Below, piece by piece: positions 60,686 through 64,000 of a stretch of 64,000 nucleotides of DNA. The stretch covers positions 3,296,001 through 3,360,000 of the forward strand of contig OZ240215.1 in assembly GCA_965197585.1 (NCBI GenBank). Reading direction: 5' to 3'. The notes beneath the pieces are model-generated. The model had not been told where the DNA came from and made no database searches. It worked only from the letters and a program-made list of their open reading frames with translations. A program made the translations under genes and the position numbers. Each line of letters starts with the position of its first letter. The stretch's first letter is position 1. Origin of the DNA: Dehalococcoidia bacterium. GTDB taxonomy: Bacteria; Chloroflexota; Dehalococcoidia; Plut-88900.

Positions 60686-61123
60686 TTATCCCTCTATTGC
60701 CACTTCCTCTTCCGTGATCTCTCCTTCAACTATGTGGAAGGCACGGATTTCCGGGTTGTCCGGCTCTCTTAGGGAAACTAGGAAATAAAGGACATCCGGC
60801 CAAATGGTCTGTTTCTCGCCGGTAGTCTCATCCTCATAGGTGGCAAGTCGTACGTCGGTAGGCGAGGGGTACGCCTCGCTGAACGTATGTGAGTGGTAGA
60901 AGCCCTGGATCTCCCACCCCTCGGCATCCACCTCCTCGAAAACTCGGAACTGGGCTTCCGGGTCCATGACGTATTTTACCGGGCTGGGTTCAGCGTTTCG
61001 AACTTGGTAGACCCGATTGACCTTGCCGTTCGCTCCTGCCAAGATTCCGCAGCATTCGTTGGGCGCATCCGCCTTAGCGTGGGCGATCATCTCGTTGGCG
61101 TGCTGCCTGCTGAGTCTAAACAA
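60686..61123 (-). CDS. JAB/MPN (Mec-like) metallopeptidase
   Basis: PNECCG, YHSHT...YPS.TD JAMM motif. Confidence 0.9.
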   Translation of the reverse strand: MFRLSRQHANEMIAHAKADAPNECCGILAGANGKVNRVYQVRNAEPSPVKYVMDPEAQFRVFEEVDAEGWEIQGFYHSHTFSEAYPSPTDVRLATYEDETTGEKQTIWPDVLYFLVSLREPDNPEIRAFHIVEGEITEEEVAIEG

Positions 61124-61147
61124 TGGATTCCTGTCTGCTTTCTTTCG

Positions 61148-62197
61148 CTAACGTGTAACCGCCATGGTGCCTTTGGGTGCATCTACTATCTGTCCTATCA
61201 CCCTTGCCCCGACCACTCCATGCTCGACCAATGCTGCCATCAACCTACCGGCCTTTTCTTCCGACACGGAAATTAGCAGTCCCCCGGAGGTCTGCGCATC
61301 CGCCAACAATACCTTTAACGGGTCGGGTATTTCTGCTTCCCAGACCACGCTGTCCCTCAACGAGTCCAAGTTCCGGAGCGTGCCGCCGGGGGCTATCCCC
61401 TGCTCGGCCAGGGCACGGGCCCCGGGAATAAGCGGCACGTCGTTCAGCACAATCCGGGCCCCGACCCCGCTTCCCTCCACCATCTCACGTAAGTGCCCAA
61501 GAAGCCCGAAACCCGTGATGTCCGTGCAAGCGTTCACCCCGACCCCAACCATCGCCTCCGATGCGCCTTTGTTCAACTCTGCCATCAGCTCGACGACGCT
61601 GCGCTCCGTGTCTGCGTCGGACTTTCCGGCCTTCAGGGCGGTGGTAATGATTCCGGTGCCGATGGGCTTGGTCAGCACCAACCGGTCTCCCGGTCGGGCG
61701 TCCGCGTTGGTGATCTGCTCTCCGGGCCTCACTAATCCTGTAACGGCGATGCCGTATTTTGGCTCGACGTCATCGATGGTGTGGCCGCCGGCAATAATGG
61801 CTCCCGCCTCAGTCATCTTGTCGGCCCCGCCTTTGAGGATGCTGCCAAGGATGTCTTTGGGAAGGCCTATGGGGAAACCCACTATGTTGAGCCCCATAAG
61901 CGGCGTGGCGCCCATGGCATAGATGTCGCTCAGGGAGTTGGCTGCAGCTATGGCCCCGAACCAGTAAGGATCGTCAACGATGGGAGGGAAGAAGTCGACA
62001 CTCTGGACCAAGGCTATGGAATCGTTCAGCCTGTAAACAGCAGAGTCATCCGACGTGCCCGATCCCACGATAAGGTTCGGGTCGTCTATTTTGGGGAGGC
62101 TCTTCAGGACCTGGACCAGGTCCTCGGGGCTGAATTTGGAAGCTCAGCCCGCGCAGTGAGCGAGTTCGGTGAGTCTAATCTCTTTGACTTCTGCCAA
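61148..62197 (-). CDS. selD: selenophosphate synthetase, selenoprotein (Sec at codon 18)
   Basis: Frame extends to TTG at 62197: MAEVKEIRLTELAHCAG-UGA-ASKFSPEDL; DDSAVY, DFFPP, ANSLSDIYAMG, DAQTSGGLL. Confidence 0.95.
62106..62124 (-). promoter_or_regulatory. candidate bacterial SECIS hairpin
   Basis: AGGACCTG-GTC-CAGGTCCT begins 19 nt 3' of the in-frame UGA (62144..62146). Confidence 0.7.
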
Positions 62198-62287
62198 TGC
62201 CTTAACCTGGATTCATAACGTGGGCTGCAAGGAAAATATAATTCGTGTCCTGCATGTATGGAACAAAGACCATACGCCGTGGGCGCA

Positions 62288-62644
62288 TCAGTACAAGAGG
62301 GCGTGGGTTGGCGCCAATCTCTGTCCAACTGGGTCTACCGCAAGGAGCAGTATTTCCAGTGTCACAGCCCCGAGCAAGGGCGCTGCCTCCTCCGTTCCGA
62401 ATATAACGGGAGATACTGCAGACGCCCCATTGATCGTGATCCGCAATTCACCAATGTCTAGCTCTTCGCGGTGGCCGTCGGCCATTTCGAATATCCCCTT
62501 CCTGGTTGGGGATATGCCCAGCTCATTCAGCACGTCGATAGGAAACATGGTGTAGGTGGCCGCGGTATCTACAGTAGCCTCAATCTCCCGCGAACGTCTG
62601 TTGTCGAGAGAGGAAATTCGTAAAGGACAGCTAAATACGCCCAT
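62288..62644 (-). CDS. clan AA retropepsin-like aspartyl protease
   Basis: ATVDTAATYT, F.MADG, LLGAVTLE. Confidence 0.82.
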   Translation of the reverse strand: MGVFSCPLRISSLDNRRSREIEATVDTAATYTMFPIDVLNELGISPTRKGIFEMADGHREELDIGELRITINGASAVSPVIFGTEEAAPLLGAVTLEILLLAVDPVGQRLAPTHALLY

Positions 62645-62685
62645 AAGGGGAGTTTAGCACACGGTCACTTTGGGAAGTGGGCAAA

Positions 62686-63180
62686 CTACCCGTTTACAGG
62701 CCCGCCGCCCTCGCCGGTGAACTTCCAGGCGTTCTCGCCTACCCCCGTGACTCGCCACCTAGGCATAACGTATTCGGCGTCTTCCGAGCGCTCGAACACG
62801 ACCTCCACGGGATTGCCGATGGCTACGGCGTCTTCATCGTCCACCAGAACGCCCACGATTCTCGTAAGCGAACCGTCGGGGTTGCCGCAGTCGGGCAGGT
62901 CGATGACGGCGGTTATGTAGGGAACGGCGTTGACGAAGGGTGCGAGGATGGGCTGAACCACAACGTTGTAGCTGTAAATCACGCCCGTGCCCTTGGCCTG
63001 ATGCCAACCCAGGTCCATGGAAGTGCAACCGGGACAGGCGGGAAAGGGCGGGAAGAACTTGTGGCCGCAATCGTTACAAAGGCGTACCAGGAGTCGGTCT
63101 TCCTTAGTGCCGTCCCACCACTCTTTGGTGTCGGGGTCGGGCTTGACGTTGATGAGGGAATAGTCGATGGGTCCGGGCAT
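62686..63180 (-). CDS. Zn-ribbon/OB-fold protein (DUF35/ChsH2-like)
   Basis: CNDCG..FFPP..CPGC, G.G.IYSY; adjacent to thiolase. Confidence 0.9.
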   Translation of the reverse strand: MPGPIDYSLINVKPDPDTKEWWDGTKEDRLLVRLCNDCGHKFFPPFPACPGCTSMDLGWHQAKGTGVIYSYNVVVQPILAPFVNAVPYITAVIDLPDCGNPDGSLTRIVGVLVDDEDAVAIGNPVEVVFERSEDAEYVMPRWRVTGVGENAWKFTGEGGGPVNG

Positions 63181-63186
63181 GGGAGC

Positions 63187-64000
63187 CTACCTCCTAATGA
63201 TCATGGCGCTGCTCTCGGTCTCCGTGCCCCAGGCGAGACACGCGGCGATCTCAGCCTTCTTCAGCTGGCGGCAACCCTTGTTTCGGTCATAAGTGTGCTT
63301 TCCCTCCCGCCAACCGGGGCACGAGTCGTCGGTACGATGTCTTAGCTGGCGGACATTCTCGATGACCATCGCTATGCCGTGCGTGTAGCCTTCGGACAGG
63401 TGCCCTCCCGAGAGATTGGACGGCAGCTTACCGTCGATCTGAAGAGTGCCTCCCTCTACGAAGGGCCCGATCTCGCCCTCAGGCGCGAAGCCGTAACCTT
63501 CCAGCAGGATAAGGGATGTAAATGTGAAGGCGTCATAAGCAGATACAAAGTCGATGTCGTCGTGCGTGACGCCCGACATGCCAAAGAGCCGCTTTCGCCC
63601 GTAGTTCGCGCCCACGTAGTGGATCTTTTCCCTGTTCCACCTGTAGGACGCGTCCGGCGTCTGTGTGCGGGCGGTGCCGCCCATGATGAAGACCGGGGGT
63701 TGCTTCAGGTTATAGGCCCACTCCCTCGGCGCGACGATGATGGCTGCAGCTACGTCGGTCTCCAGGCAGCAGTCGAATAGGCGGAAAGGTTTGGCCACCC
63801 AGCGGCCTTTCAGATAATCGTCCATAGTCAGGGGGCGGTCATAGAAAATGGACTTCGGGTTGAGGTTGGCGTGCCTGCGGTGAGCTACGGCCACCTCACC
63901 TAGATGCCGGGAGGTGAGCCCATAGTCGTGCATGTATCTCATGCACGTGAGCCCGTGGTGCTGGGCGGGAGTTGTGAAGCCCCACGCATCCCACATGTCT
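63187..64000 (-). CDS. SCP-x/Ltp2-type thiolase family protein (5' end outside window)
   Basis: DCCLETD, YDAFT, N.SGGHLSEGY.HG. Confidence 0.88.
   Translation of the reverse strand, partial: DMWDAWGFTTPAQHHGLTCMRYMHDYGLTSRHLGEVAVAHRRHANLNPKSIFYDRPLTMDDYLKGRWVAKPFRLFDCCLETDVAAAIIVAPREWAYNLKQPPVFIMGGTARTQTPDASYRWNREKIHYVGANYGRKRLFGMSGVTHDDIDFVSAYDAFTFTSLILLEGYGFAPEGEIGPFVEGGTLQIDGKLPSNLSGGHLSEGYTHGIAMVIENVRQLRHRTDDSCPGWREGKHTYDRNKGCRQLKKAEIAACLAWGTETESSAMIIRR

Overview
GC-rich bacterial chromosome segment. Its gene content (seven amidohydrolase-2 paralogues, CaiB/BaiF CoA-transferases, an F420-dependent LLM oxidoreductase, a T-box-led ilv-leu-cimA operon) points to Chloroflexota/Dehalococcoidia, SAR202-like; this taxonomy is inferred. 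The centre is a ~22-kb island between convergent tRNA-Asn and tRNA-Thr. It holds a GIY-YIG gene with a modified tRNA duplicate, three giant cadherin/Ig-repeat proteins that all end in the same EF-hand/dockerin-like module (one is a pseudogene), a membrane-anchored protein with three tandem ~108-aa beta-rich modules, and a divergent urease-like ureABC without accessory genes. Best candidate for an undescribed system: a cohesin-dockerin-like display complex for variable giant adhesins. Also notable: 15-nt and 21-nt micro-insertions in palindromic repeats and a tRNA copy, a nested REP/MITE/IS481 structure, and a Sec-containing selD truncated by the ORF track. All assignments are by eye; no searches were run.
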